The translations under genes were made by a program, and so were the position numbers. From positions 1,440,001-1,504,000 of the forward strand of contig OY969811.1 in NCBI GenBank assembly GCA_963703315.1: a stretch of DNA of 64,000 nt, in the 5' to 3' direction. Origin of the DNA: an uncultured cyanobacterium. Lineage in GTDB: Bacteria; Cyanobacteriota; Cyanobacteriia; Pseudanabaenales; Pseudanabaenaceae. Positions 43,321 to 52,274 of this stretch are shown here, piece by piece. Each line of letters starts with the position of its first letter. The stretch's first letter is position 1. The notes under the pieces were generated by a model that was given only the letters and a program-made list of their open reading frames with translations, had not been told where the DNA came from and did no database searches.

Positions 43321-43578
43321 CTAGTAATGAAATTTACAAGACACAATAACAATTTCTTCATCTGTAACCGAATATACCAAGCGATGTTCATCAGTGATTC
43401 GTCTCGACCATAAGCCTGATAGTTCGTGTTTTAATGCTTCAGGCTTGCCCAAACCAGAAATAGGATCACGGTGAATATCTTTGATTAGAGTGACGATTTT
43501 GTTATAAATCTTCTTGTCCTGTATTGCCCAGTAGTTAAATTCATCAAATCCACGCGCTAAAAATGCAACTTTTCTCAT
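43321..43578 (-). CDS. Txe/YoeB family toxin
   Basis: GLGKPEALKHELSGLWSRRITDEHRLVY...KFHY. Confidence 0.95.
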   Translation of the reverse strand: MRKVAFLARGFDEFNYWAIQDKKIYNKIVTLIKDIHRDPISGLGKPEALKHELSGLWSRRITDEHRLVYSVTDEEIVIVSCKFHY

Positions 43579-43814
43579 AATGTAGCAATATCAACGTAAA
43601 CATATTTTTCTGGTTGCTTTAATTCTTCTAATCCCTCCAATAAATTGCGGCGATTGGCTTCTGTTGAGAGCAAGTATGCTGTTTCGTCAGTTTCTATTTG
43701 TGTTGTTTGTTCGACTAACAGGATTGCTTCGACAATAGTTCCTTCAGGAAGATTGACTAGCGGCATTTCGAGTCTGCCATTTTTGACTATGGCTCTGTAT
43801 TTGATTGCGTTCAT
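43575..43814 (-). CDS. Antitoxin (YefM-like C-terminus, atypical N-terminus)
   Basis: ETAYLLSTEANRRNLLE; ATGA overlap with the toxin gene. Confidence 0.8.
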   Translation of the reverse strand: MNAIKYRAIVKNGRLEMPLVNLPEGTIVEAILLVEQTTQIETDETAYLLSTEANRRNLLEGLEELKQPEKYVYVDIATL

Positions 43815-43864
43815 AGCGTTTAGTTAGAGCAATTATATTTGCATTGTATGTCGTAATTGTTGTT

Positions 43865-44434
43865 TCAAAACTCAATGTTACGGTAGATTTCAGCGATCGC
43901 TAGTTCAATATTTACAGAATCCAATAAAATCGACTGATCTAAACTATCAAAATCGCTATATGTCCAAATTTCCCCTTGTTTGCTATAGCGCTCTACAAAA
44001 ACTTTGTTTTGGCGAATTAGAAGATATTCACAAAAACTAGGAATGGAACGATACATCCGAAACTTATCGGTGCGATCATATTCTTCCGTTGACGGTGAAA
44101 GCACTTCTACAATTAGAACTGGGTTTAAAACTTCATCTTTGTGATCGCCATTAAACTGCAACGCCCCATCAAAAACCATCGCATCTGGATATACACCGCG
44201 ACGATAGTCAGGAATCCATAGTCGTAAATCATTGTTAATTGCCTCAAAATTCGTGTCTCTCAATAGAAATTTGAGAAAAGCGAAAATATTTCCACCAATA
44301 CGGCTATGGTTAACGGTTCCACCAGTCATTGTAATGATTACTCCATCATGATATTCACACTTTTCTTCAGAGATGTCGGCGATCGCGCGATATTCATCGA
44401 GACTATAACGACGCTCAGTAATGGTGGCAATCAT
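43865..44434 (-). CDS. Uma2 (DUF820) family endonuclease-like protein
   Basis: MTGGTVNHSRI, YPDAMV, IVEVLSPST, EYLLI. Likely start ATG 44434. Confidence 0.9.
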   Translation of the reverse strand: MIATITERRYSLDEYRAIADISEEKCEYHDGVIITMTGGTVNHSRIGGNIFAFLKFLLRDTNFEAINNDLRLWIPDYRRGVYPDAMVFDGALQFNGDHKDEVLNPVLIVEVLSPSTEEYDRTDKFRMYRSIPSFCEYLLIRQNKVFVERYSKQGEIWTYSDFDSLDQSILLDSVNIELAIAEIYRNIEF

Positions 44435-44553
44435 GGAGTTGTGACTGAAAGACAACACTTATATTTTAGCGCTAAAATTTTTATCAACCAAGAAGCGAGT
44501 GGTGGCGCGAACCGCCACCACTCGCTTCTTGGATTTTCATCTAGCTGAAAGTC

Positions 44554-44656
44554 ATACCAATTCACGAAAGTGTTGCCACACTTTCGTGAATTAAAAACCA
44601 AACCCAGTAAGGGTTCTCAAAACTAAAAATGGCTACGCCATTTTTAGTTTTGGTAT
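44554..44656. repeat. MITE/REP-like element family D
   Basis: Matches 16975..17077. Confidence 0.85.
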
Positions 44657-44695
44657 CACGATAGAATAAGTTGTAGCTGAGCAAGAGTTATTTGT

Positions 44696-45970
44696 TTGCA
44701 GGAGTTGGTTTTGATTTCTTCAGCAGCACTTTCTAAGAGTTTAGAATCTGATCCTTTAGAGCGCGATCGCGAACTTGATTTGTTGGAGCATCGATCGCAT
44801 TTTCCTGCTTTAGGAGTTAAAAATCGTACTTACTTTAACTATGGTGGGCAAGGGGTATTATGTGGGGCAGCTCTAGAGTCGATTAGGAGAAATTTTCATC
44901 ATATTGAAGAGATGGCTCCTTTTTCCCATGCTTCAGGGGATTGGATGATGGCAGAGTATGACGCTACCAAGTTAGCGATCGCTCAAGAGTTTCAAGTGAG
45001 CCAGAATACAATTACGCTGACCGAAAACACGACTGTCGGCTGCAATATTGCAATGTGGGCGGTGGATTGGCAAAAAGGCGATCGCCTCTTACTGTCGGAC
45101 TGCGAACATCCTGGGATTATTGCTAGTGCTGTCCAAATCCAAAAACGCTTTGGTATAGAAATCGATTATTTCCCGTTGTTTAACACTCGCAATGTCAATA
45201 GTGATGATCACGAAACTGTTGTTGATCTGTTAGTACAACATTTGCAACCACGAACCCGCATGGTGATGCTCAGTCATATTTGCTGGAATACAGGTCAGGT
45301 TTTGCCATTACAGGCGATCGCTACAGCTTGCCATGCTCAGAATGTATTAGTTGCTGTTGATGCTGCACAATCGGTGGGTGTTCTGCCCCTTAACCTCTCA
45401 GAAATTGCCGCAGATTTCTACGCTTTTACTACCCATAAATGGTGGTGTGCGCCTCTCGGATTAGGAGCATTGTATATCCGTCCTGAAATCTTTGATCAAA
45501 TTGAACCTGTGTTTGTGGGTTGGCGCGGGTTGACTGGTAAAAATCCGATTCCTCAATGGAAGCAAGATGGTGCTAAGTTTGAGGTGGCTAGCTCAACCTA
45601 TACTCTCTATGAGGCTTTACGCATGGCGATCGCCCATGCCAATAGCTGGGGTACACAACAGCAACGCTATGAACGCATTTGTAAATTGAGCCAGATTTTA
45701 TGGCAAAGACTAAATTCTTTACCTCACATTGATTGTGTACGTCAACTGCCCCCAGATTCAGGATTAATTTCCTTTCAAATTAATCGAGAAATAGCTAAAA
45801 GTGCGATCGCACAAAAATCTCATGGCTTAATTGCGAGACAATTGGAAATTGAACAACAAATCTTGATCCGCGCCCTGCCTGAACCTGATTGCTTAAGAGC
45901 TTCGGTGCATTATCTAACTTCGCTTGAGGACATTGAGCATCTAGTTTCGGCGATCGGCAACCTAATCTAA
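44696..45970 (+). CDS. Class V PLP-dependent enzyme (L-cysteine/cystine lyase, C-DES-like)
   Basis: YFNYGGQG, DAAQSVG, FYAFTTHKW, RASVHY. Confidence 0.85.
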   Translation: MQELVLISSAALSKSLESDPLERDRELDLLEHRSHFPALGVKNRTYFNYGGQGVLCGAALESIRRNFHHIEEMAPFSHASGDWMMAEYDATKLAIAQEFQVSQNTITLTENTTVGCNIAMWAVDWQKGDRLLLSDCEHPGIIASAVQIQKRFGIEIDYFPLFNTRNVNSDDHETVVDLLVQHLQPRTRMVMLSHICWNTGQVLPLQAIATACHAQNVLVAVDAAQSVGVLPLNLSEIAADFYAFTTHKWWCAPLGLGALYIRPEIFDQIEPVFVGWRGLTGKNPIPQWKQDGAKFEVASSTYTLYEALRMAIAHANSWGTQQQRYERICKLSQILWQRLNSLPHIDCVRQLPPDSGLISFQINREIAKSAIAQKSHGLIARQLEIEQQILIRALPEPDCLRASVHYLTSLEDIEHLVSAIGNLI

Positions 45971-46043
45971 GCGATGATGTACAATTTCTCACGATTTGCG
46001 AATCAATCCTTAAAATTAATAAAATACCTATAAAGTTCCTGTC

Positions 46044-46649
46044 ATGTCTCTATTTTCCCAATCTCCTCAACAAAATCAAGACAAAAAAAATGAGACATTA
46101 TCGCGATCGCAAGTTCTTATTGCTATGGCGGTTACCGCGATTATTTTTCTAGGAATTTCTAAGGGTTGGGTGTACTTAACAGGTATCCCAATGGTGTCGC
46201 TGTATTGGCAACCTGAACATGGAGCGATCGGTGTGGGTATTGGCGTGGGAGTAGCTTTGCTCAGTAGTTTAATTTATGAAATATGGGAAAGTTATCGCAT
46301 TGCGGCTCAAGAATATTTAGAAATGGTACTCAAGCCACTAGAACCAATTGATTTAATTTGGCTAGGTTTATTACCGGGATTAAGTGAAGAAATGCTTTTT
46401 CGTGGGGTGGCATTACCTGCACTCGGTATGAATGGAGTTGCTCTAATTATTACTAGTGTCGTATTTGGGGCGCTACACATGGCAAATGCCAAACATTTGT
46501 CATACACAGTTTGGGCGATCGCTGTGGGCATGATGCTCGGTGCTATCACCATGTACACAGGTAATCTTTTATCAGCGATCGTTGCCCATGTCCTCACCAA
46601 TTCTCTTTCAGGCATTATTTGGAAATTTAAGCAATCTAAAGCTGTATAA
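46044..46649 (+). CDS. CPBP/CAAX intramembrane protease
   Basis: EEMLFRG, FGALH, HVLTN. Confidence 0.9.
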   Translation: MSLFSQSPQQNQDKKNETLSRSQVLIAMAVTAIIFLGISKGWVYLTGIPMVSLYWQPEHGAIGVGIGVGVALLSSLIYEIWESYRIAAQEYLEMVLKPLEPIDLIWLGLLPGLSEEMLFRGVALPALGMNGVALIITSVVFGALHMANAKHLSYTVWAIAVGMMLGAITMYTGNLLSAIVAHVLTNSLSGIIWKFKQSKAV

Positions 46650-46731
46650 ATCCAAAAACAAGTGATTTGCGGCGCTTCGCGCCGCAACTCACTTGTTTTT
46701 GGGTTTGTCTTAAAACAAACAGCGAAATCTA

Positions 46732-46835
46732 TAAGTAAGTAGGCTTAATTGAATATAAAACCCTAAAACCTGTGGCGCACGCTGCGCGTGCGCCACAGGT
46801 TTTAGATCTGGGTTTTAATTATGCCGAGATACTTA
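46732..46835. repeat. MITE/REP-like element family A
   Basis: Same orientation as the 37402 copy. Confidence 0.8.
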
Positions 46836-46931
46836 ACTTAATAATTCTTACATTTTTTTATAGGATAATCATGGTAAAAACTAATATATATTTCGCATAT
46901 TTCAAGTTCATTTTTTTAGAGATTTAATTCT

Positions 46932-47795
46932 ATGAAAGCGCTCACGAAATTTTCGATCGCTACTGCTGCTATAGCCCTTTCCACATTAGCAAGCAGTGCT
47001 GCTCAAGCGATCTCAGTCACACAAACCAATGATCTTACTGCTCTCAAGAATGCCATAACAGCAGGCAATGGTGGTATTGTCATTAATTCAATCTCTATTT
47101 CAGGTCAACTGGGACAATTTGGAACTTACACCAACCTGAGTGGTACTTACGGTATTGGTAGTGGCATAGTCATCAGTACTGGTAATGTGAATGATTACAA
47201 CACTGGCGCTAACACATCGGCAGAAAAGACTACCGTTTATGGTATTGGTGGTACTCCTACTCAGCAGGCTCTTCTCTCACCAATCACAGGCAGCCTATCT
47301 CATTTTGATGTTGCCCAAATTGAGATTGATTTCGACTTGCAGAATGGTTTTGACACGATCTTTTTCAATACAGTATTTGGCTCTGAGGAGTTTCCTAAAT
47401 ACGTTAATCAATATGTCGATGGGTTTGGATTATTCGTCAATGGACAAAATATTGCATTTTCTGGTGGTCAGCCCGTCAATATCAATAATTCGAGTATGAC
47501 CCCTTTGGATGGCACAGAATTGAATGGTGTATTAGCTCCAAATAACAATCCTGTACTTACTTTCTCTAAAGTTTTAGGAAATGGGAGCAAAGGAAATAAA
47601 TTGACCTTTATCATTGCCGACACTAGAGACGCATCTTTAGATTCCACTGCCTATTTCTCAGCGCTTGGTGGTGCGGTTCCCCAGCCAGTCCCAGTCCCTC
47701 CAGCAGTGGCAGGAGTCATCTTGGCAGGAGGTTTGCTCTCTCGTAAATTGATCAAGCGCTCTTCCAAAAATAAGAAAGTAGAAATAGTCGCGTAG
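46932..47795 (+). CDS. Secreted choice-of-anchor-L-like protein with PEP-CTERM-like C-terminal sorting signal
   Basis: Signal peptide (AAQA), GIVISTG, FGSEEF, D.FG.FVNG.NIA, IADTRD...DS; C-terminus VPVPPAVAG + TM + RKLIKR. Confidence 0.75.
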   Translation: MKALTKFSIATAAIALSTLASSAAQAISVTQTNDLTALKNAITAGNGGIVINSISISGQLGQFGTYTNLSGTYGIGSGIVISTGNVNDYNTGANTSAEKTTVYGIGGTPTQQALLSPITGSLSHFDVAQIEIDFDLQNGFDTIFFNTVFGSEEFPKYVNQYVDGFGLFVNGQNIAFSGGQPVNINNSSMTPLDGTELNGVLAPNNNPVLTFSKVLGNGSKGNKLTFIIADTRDASLDSTAYFSALGGAVPQPVPVPPAVAGVILAGGLLSRKLIKRSSKNKKVEIVA

Positions 47796-47876
47796 ATTAT
47801 TTGTGATTCTCAAATAGAACCAAAAGCTGTGGCGCACGCTGCGCGTGCGCCACAGCTTTTGGGGTTTTATATTTAA

Positions 47877-48094
47877 CCCACATTCCGCTCTTATTTTACT
47901 GAAAAAAATATTTAGAAAACAAATCCTTATACAGTAAGTATTTTGGGCTTTCGTCAGAAAAATAACACTATCTTAATATTGTCAATAATGACGTACTAAT
48001 AGGAGTCATTATCATTAATTTTCCAGAAAATCGCTGAAACCCTCATTGTCTCGTTGTAAATATTTTTAGGCCTCCATTACGAGCGGAATGTGGG
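47877..48094. mobile_element. 218-bp non-autonomous element (MITE) with 14-bp TIRs and 6-bp target duplication
   Basis: CCCACATTCCGCTC / GAGCGGAATGTGGG flanked by ATTTAA on both sides; inserted in a family A repeat (47815..48117). Confidence 0.9.
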
Positions 48095-48222
48095 ATTTAA
48101 TTGTGCCTAGCTACTTACTAATCAAAACCCAAGAAGTAAATGGCGGTGCGAAGCACCGCCATTTACTTCTTGGGTTTTGATTTTAAAAGCACAAAATAGC
48201 GTAGCTATTTTGTGCTTTGGTA

Positions 48223-49386
48223 TTATTTGCCCATACCCAATTGTTGAGCCTTTTGGTAAACCTTACCTTCAGTTAATAGCGAAGGCGCAATTACTACTTC
48301 TACCTGTTGCATCTCGCGGATATTAGCTGCACCTAGAGTTCCCATGCTGGTTTTAAGTGCGCCCAAGAGGTTATGAGTGCCATCATCAAGCCCCGCAGGC
48401 CCGCGCAAAATTTGCTCTAGGGAACCTGTTGTCCCCACCTTGATTCTAGTACCGCGTGGCAATACTGGGCTAGGTGTTGCCATGCCCCAGTGGAAGCCAC
48501 GACCAGGAGCTTCTTTGGCTCTGGCAAAGGGAGAGCCAATCATGACGGCATCCGCACCACAGGCGATCGATTTACAAATGTCTCCCCCTGTAATCAAGCC
48601 ACCATCGGCAATGATTGGCACATATTTACCAGTTTCTTTGAAAAAGTCTTCACGGGCGGCGGCACAGTTGGCAACGGCGGTAGCTTGGGGAATACCTACA
48701 CCAAGTACACCTCTGGAGGTACAGGCAGCTCCAGGACCAATACCAACGAGTACACCTGCGGCTCCTGCTCTGAGCAATTCTAAGGTGACATCGTAGGTGA
48801 CACAGTTGCCCATAAGCACTGGGATGGGCATATCTTGGCAGAATTTAGCGAGATCGAGGGAAACGAGTCCTTCGGCAGCGATATGAGTGGTGGAGACAAC
48901 AGTGGATTGTAAGAAAAACAAATCACAACCTGCTTCGGCGGCGATTAAACCATATTTAAAAGCATTGACAGGAATGCTGCTAGCGCAAGCAATACCACCT
49001 TTCTCTTTGATTTCACGGATACGTTTTTGAATCAGTTCAGGCTTGACGGGTTCGGCGTAAAGCTGTTGCATAAGTGAGACAAATTCAGTAACTCCCACGG
49101 ATGCAATTTTTTCTAAGATGGGTTGGGGATCGTCGTAGCGAGTTTGGATACCATCAAGGTTGATTACCCCTAATGCACCTAACTCAGACAGTCTTACTGC
49201 TGCATCGACATCGACAACGCCATCCATAGCGCTAGCGATGATCGGAATTTCACGACGAATGCCCCCAACTTCCCAAAATGTATCGGCAACGTTGGGATCG
49301 AGGGTTCTGCCCCCTGGTACTAATGCAATTTCGTCGATGCCATAGGCTCTGCGAGCAGTTTTACCGCGCCCAATTTGAATGTCCAC
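48223..49386 (-). CDS. GuaB3-family IMP dehydrogenase-related protein
   Basis: RRAYGIDEIALVP, ASAMDGVV, GIGPGAACTSR, WGMATPSPVLPRG. Confidence 0.92.
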   Translation of the reverse strand: MDIQIGRGKTARRAYGIDEIALVPGGRTLDPNVADTFWEVGGIRREIPIIASAMDGVVDVDAAVRLSELGALGVINLDGIQTRYDDPQPILEKIASVGVTEFVSLMQQLYAEPVKPELIQKRIREIKEKGGIACASSIPVNAFKYGLIAAEAGCDLFFLQSTVVSTTHIAAEGLVSLDLAKFCQDMPIPVLMGNCVTYDVTLELLRAGAAGVLVGIGPGAACTSRGVLGVGIPQATAVANCAAAREDFFKETGKYVPIIADGGLITGGDICKSIACGADAVMIGSPFARAKEAPGRGFHWGMATPSPVLPRGTRIKVGTTGSLEQILRGPAGLDDGTHNLLGALKTSMGTLGAANIREMQQVEVVIAPSLLTEGKVYQKAQQLGMGK

Positions 49387-49652
49387 TGTTTGTACTCTCT
49401 AGGATTTGATGTAGTAGTTGCTAAGGTTTGCGTAAAAATCTTGCATTTCAAGATCTACGCTAAGGGTGAATGTTTTAAACAGCGATCGCAGGATCATTGC
49501 TGCTTGAGTTGTGCTTTTTTTTACAGAAAATCTTAATATTTTCTTAAGATACTGTTGCTTATTGATTAATGATAGCTAATTAGTGCGATGGGAGGTTATT
49601 TTTTAAGAGGAGTGCTAATTATCCCTGTCTTCAAAAATAGCAAATCTAACCG

Positions 49653-50606
49653 ATGGCTGAATTTTTTAATACCTATGGCTTTCTAATTGTATCGGCAATT
49701 TTTGGTGCAATTCTAGGGATTTCTGTCTATTTACCATTGATGGCAGGGCAGTTATCATTGGCGACACCGGGGTTTTATGCCTTGGGTGGATATATCGCGG
49801 CGATCGCTTCTACTAAGATCTTAACGACCACTACTGGGAATGTACCAATTTGGTGGGTATTGCTAGAAATGTTGGCGGCAGGTGCAGTGTCAGGTTTATT
49901 GGCAGTGATTTTGGGGATTCCTGTGTTGCGCCTAAGGGGAATTTATCTAGCGATCGCCACGATTGCCTTTGTTGAGATTTTGCGCGTAGTTGCCTTGAAT
50001 TTGGAGATTACAGGCGGGGCAGTTGGTATTTTTGGAATTCCTCAGCCTTTTTCATCAACTTTAGAATATTTATGGATTGCTTTGCCATTATTAGGCTTGA
50101 GCATGGCATTTATGTATCGCCTCGAAAAAATTCGGGTGGGACGAGCTTTGATTGCCATTCGTGAGGATGAACTAGCTGCTGATTCGATGGGGATCAATCC
50201 CACCTATTACAAAGTATTAGCCTTTACCCTAGCTGCCATCTTGGCGGGTATCGTTGGAGCCGTGAGCGCCCATTTCCTGAATACATGGAACACTCGTCAG
50301 GGAACTTTTGATGCCAGTATTATCTTCTTAGCTTTTGTCTTGGTTGGTGGTTCTCGCACTTTTTTGGGACCTGTGGTTGGTGGCATTATTCTCACCGCTT
50401 TACCTGAAGCTTTGCGAGGACTTGCCAATACTGGAGTCCCATTATGGTTAGGACAATTCCTGAAAGATGGTCGCCTAATTATTTTTGGGGTGCTGATTGT
50501 AGTTGGCACAATCTTTTATCCCAAAGGCATCATTACGCCAGAGTTTTTAGTCTGGTGCAAGCGGAAAACTCAAAATGTATTTGCTAAATCTAAACAAGGG
50601 GCTTAA
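49653..50606 (+). CDS. Branched-chain/neutral amino acid ABC transporter permease (LivM/NatC-like)
   Basis: AGQLSLA, RLRGIYLAIAT, AIREDELAA. Confidence 0.9.
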   Translation: MAEFFNTYGFLIVSAIFGAILGISVYLPLMAGQLSLATPGFYALGGYIAAIASTKILTTTTGNVPIWWVLLEMLAAGAVSGLLAVILGIPVLRLRGIYLAIATIAFVEILRVVALNLEITGGAVGIFGIPQPFSSTLEYLWIALPLLGLSMAFMYRLEKIRVGRALIAIREDELAADSMGINPTYYKVLAFTLAAILAGIVGAVSAHFLNTWNTRQGTFDASIIFLAFVLVGGSRTFLGPVVGGIILTALPEALRGLANTGVPLWLGQFLKDGRLIIFGVLIVVGTIFYPKGIITPEFLVWCKRKTQNVFAKSKQGA

Positions 50607-50635
50607 GCCCTTTGTCTCGGCGATAGGGAGTCAAT

Positions 50636-51286
50636 ATGTCACAAGGCAATATAGATAATCGGCGATCGCTCCGAATTGTTAGGTATCTTGCTTTAACTGC
50701 AAGCTTACTGGGGATCTATGCGATCGCTAGTCCTGCCTTTAGTAAGCTACCTTGCATCGTTAACTGTCAGACAGAAGCTGCTAATGAATTACTGAATAAG
50801 AATAAGGCGATCGCGAGTTTAATTAATCTCAAACAACTTGATAAAAAGGCGATCGCTTTAGTTATTGAAAAATCAAAATATAAACTCACGGTTTACTATC
50901 AGAAAAAGCCAATTAAGTCATACGCGATCGTTCTCGGCGCAAATCCGAGAGATGACAAACTACGCCAAGGTGACAAGCGCACTCCTGAAGGTATTTTTCG
51001 TGTCAAAGAGCTTTACTACCATTCGGAATGGTCAAAATTTATTTTGCTAGACTATCCCAATCAGGATTCATGGCGCAAGTTCTCACAGGCGAAGGCTAGA
51101 GGTGAAGTGAAAGCTAGCGATGATATTGGTGGCGAAATTGGGATTCACGGGGTCGAGAAAGGTCAAGACTGGCTAATTGATCGCAAAATTAACTGGACTT
51201 TGGGCTGTGTATCACTCAAGAATAAAGATGTGGATGAGATTTATCCGCTCTTACAACGCGGAACCACCATTGAAATCTTCCATTAA
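50636..51286 (+). CDS. L,D-transpeptidase family protein
   Basis: GDKRTPEG, IGIHG, WTLGCVSL. Confidence 0.9.
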   Translation: MSQGNIDNRRSLRIVRYLALTASLLGIYAIASPAFSKLPCIVNCQTEAANELLNKNKAIASLINLKQLDKKAIALVIEKSKYKLTVYYQKKPIKSYAIVLGANPRDDKLRQGDKRTPEGIFRVKELYYHSEWSKFILLDYPNQDSWRKFSQAKARGEVKASDDIGGEIGIHGVEKGQDWLIDRKINWTLGCVSLKNKDVDEIYPLLQRGTTIEIFH

Positions 51287-51420
51287 ACACCAAAAAAGAG
51301 GCGGCGCAAAGCGCCGCCTCTTTTTTGGTGTTCTAAGCAAAACTTTCATTGCTACAATAACTTAAGAAAATCGAGATTTCCATAAACTAGATTAACAAGA
51401 TCAAGCATCAATAATTTCTT

Positions 51421-52200
51421 ATGGACGATCGCAGTAAGACAACCCTAGCCATTCAACAAGTAACTCGTCGCTTTGGGGGATTAGTGGCAGTTAATGAGGT
51501 GTCTTTTGATGTACAGGAAAATGAAATCTTTGGTGTGATTGGACCGAATGGTGCTGGCAAGACGACTCTATTCAATACGATTACAGGATTAATTGCGCCT
51601 AGTAGTGGTAAGGTTCTCTATGAGGGAACAGAAATTACTAATCGTCGTCCACATCAAATTGCGAAGTTCGGCATTGCGCGAACGTTTCAGAATATTCGCC
51701 TATTTAGTGAATTATCAGCATTAGAGAATGTGGCGATCGCTAGACATCTCAGCACCACTACAGGTATTTGGAATGGAGTTTTAGGGTTGCCACCAACCCA
51801 TCAAGAAGAAAAGCAAACCTACGATCGCGCTTTGGAATTATTGGAACTTGTAGGACTCAGCGATCGCCGTGATGTCAAAGCTAAAAACTTCTCCTATGGT
51901 GATCAACGCCGCCTTGAGATTGCTCGCGCCCTTGCTCTCCAACCCAAGTTATTACTACTAGATGAACCTGCCGCAGGAATGAATCCTAACGAGAAAGGAC
52001 AATTAAGCGACTTTATTCGCAGTTTACGCGATCGCTTTGCCCTGACAATTCTTTTAATCGAGCATCATGTTCCTTTAGTGATGGGACTATGCGATCGCAT
52101 TGCCGTTTTAGATTTTGGTCAACTAATTGCGATCGGTCAGCCTGAAATTGTCAAAAGCGATCGAGCAGTAATTGAGGCATATCTTGGTGATGAAGGTTAA
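51421..52200 (+). CDS. Branched-chain amino acid ABC transporter ATP-binding protein (LivG/NatA-like)
   Basis: GPNGAGKT, ARTFQNIRLF, LLDEPAAG, EAYLG. Confidence 0.92.
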   Translation: MDDRSKTTLAIQQVTRRFGGLVAVNEVSFDVQENEIFGVIGPNGAGKTTLFNTITGLIAPSSGKVLYEGTEITNRRPHQIAKFGIARTFQNIRLFSELSALENVAIARHLSTTTGIWNGVLGLPPTHQEEKQTYDRALELLELVGLSDRRDVKAKNFSYGDQRRLEIARALALQPKLLLLDEPAAGMNPNEKGQLSDFIRSLRDRFALTILLIEHHVPLVMGLCDRIAVLDFGQLIAIGQPEIVKSDRAVIEAYLGDEG

Positions 52201-52274
52201 CAGCCTCATCACTTTTTGCTATCTCCAGAATTTCGCCAGTCGTGGCGATCGCTAATCACAAAACCTCTCTCTGA

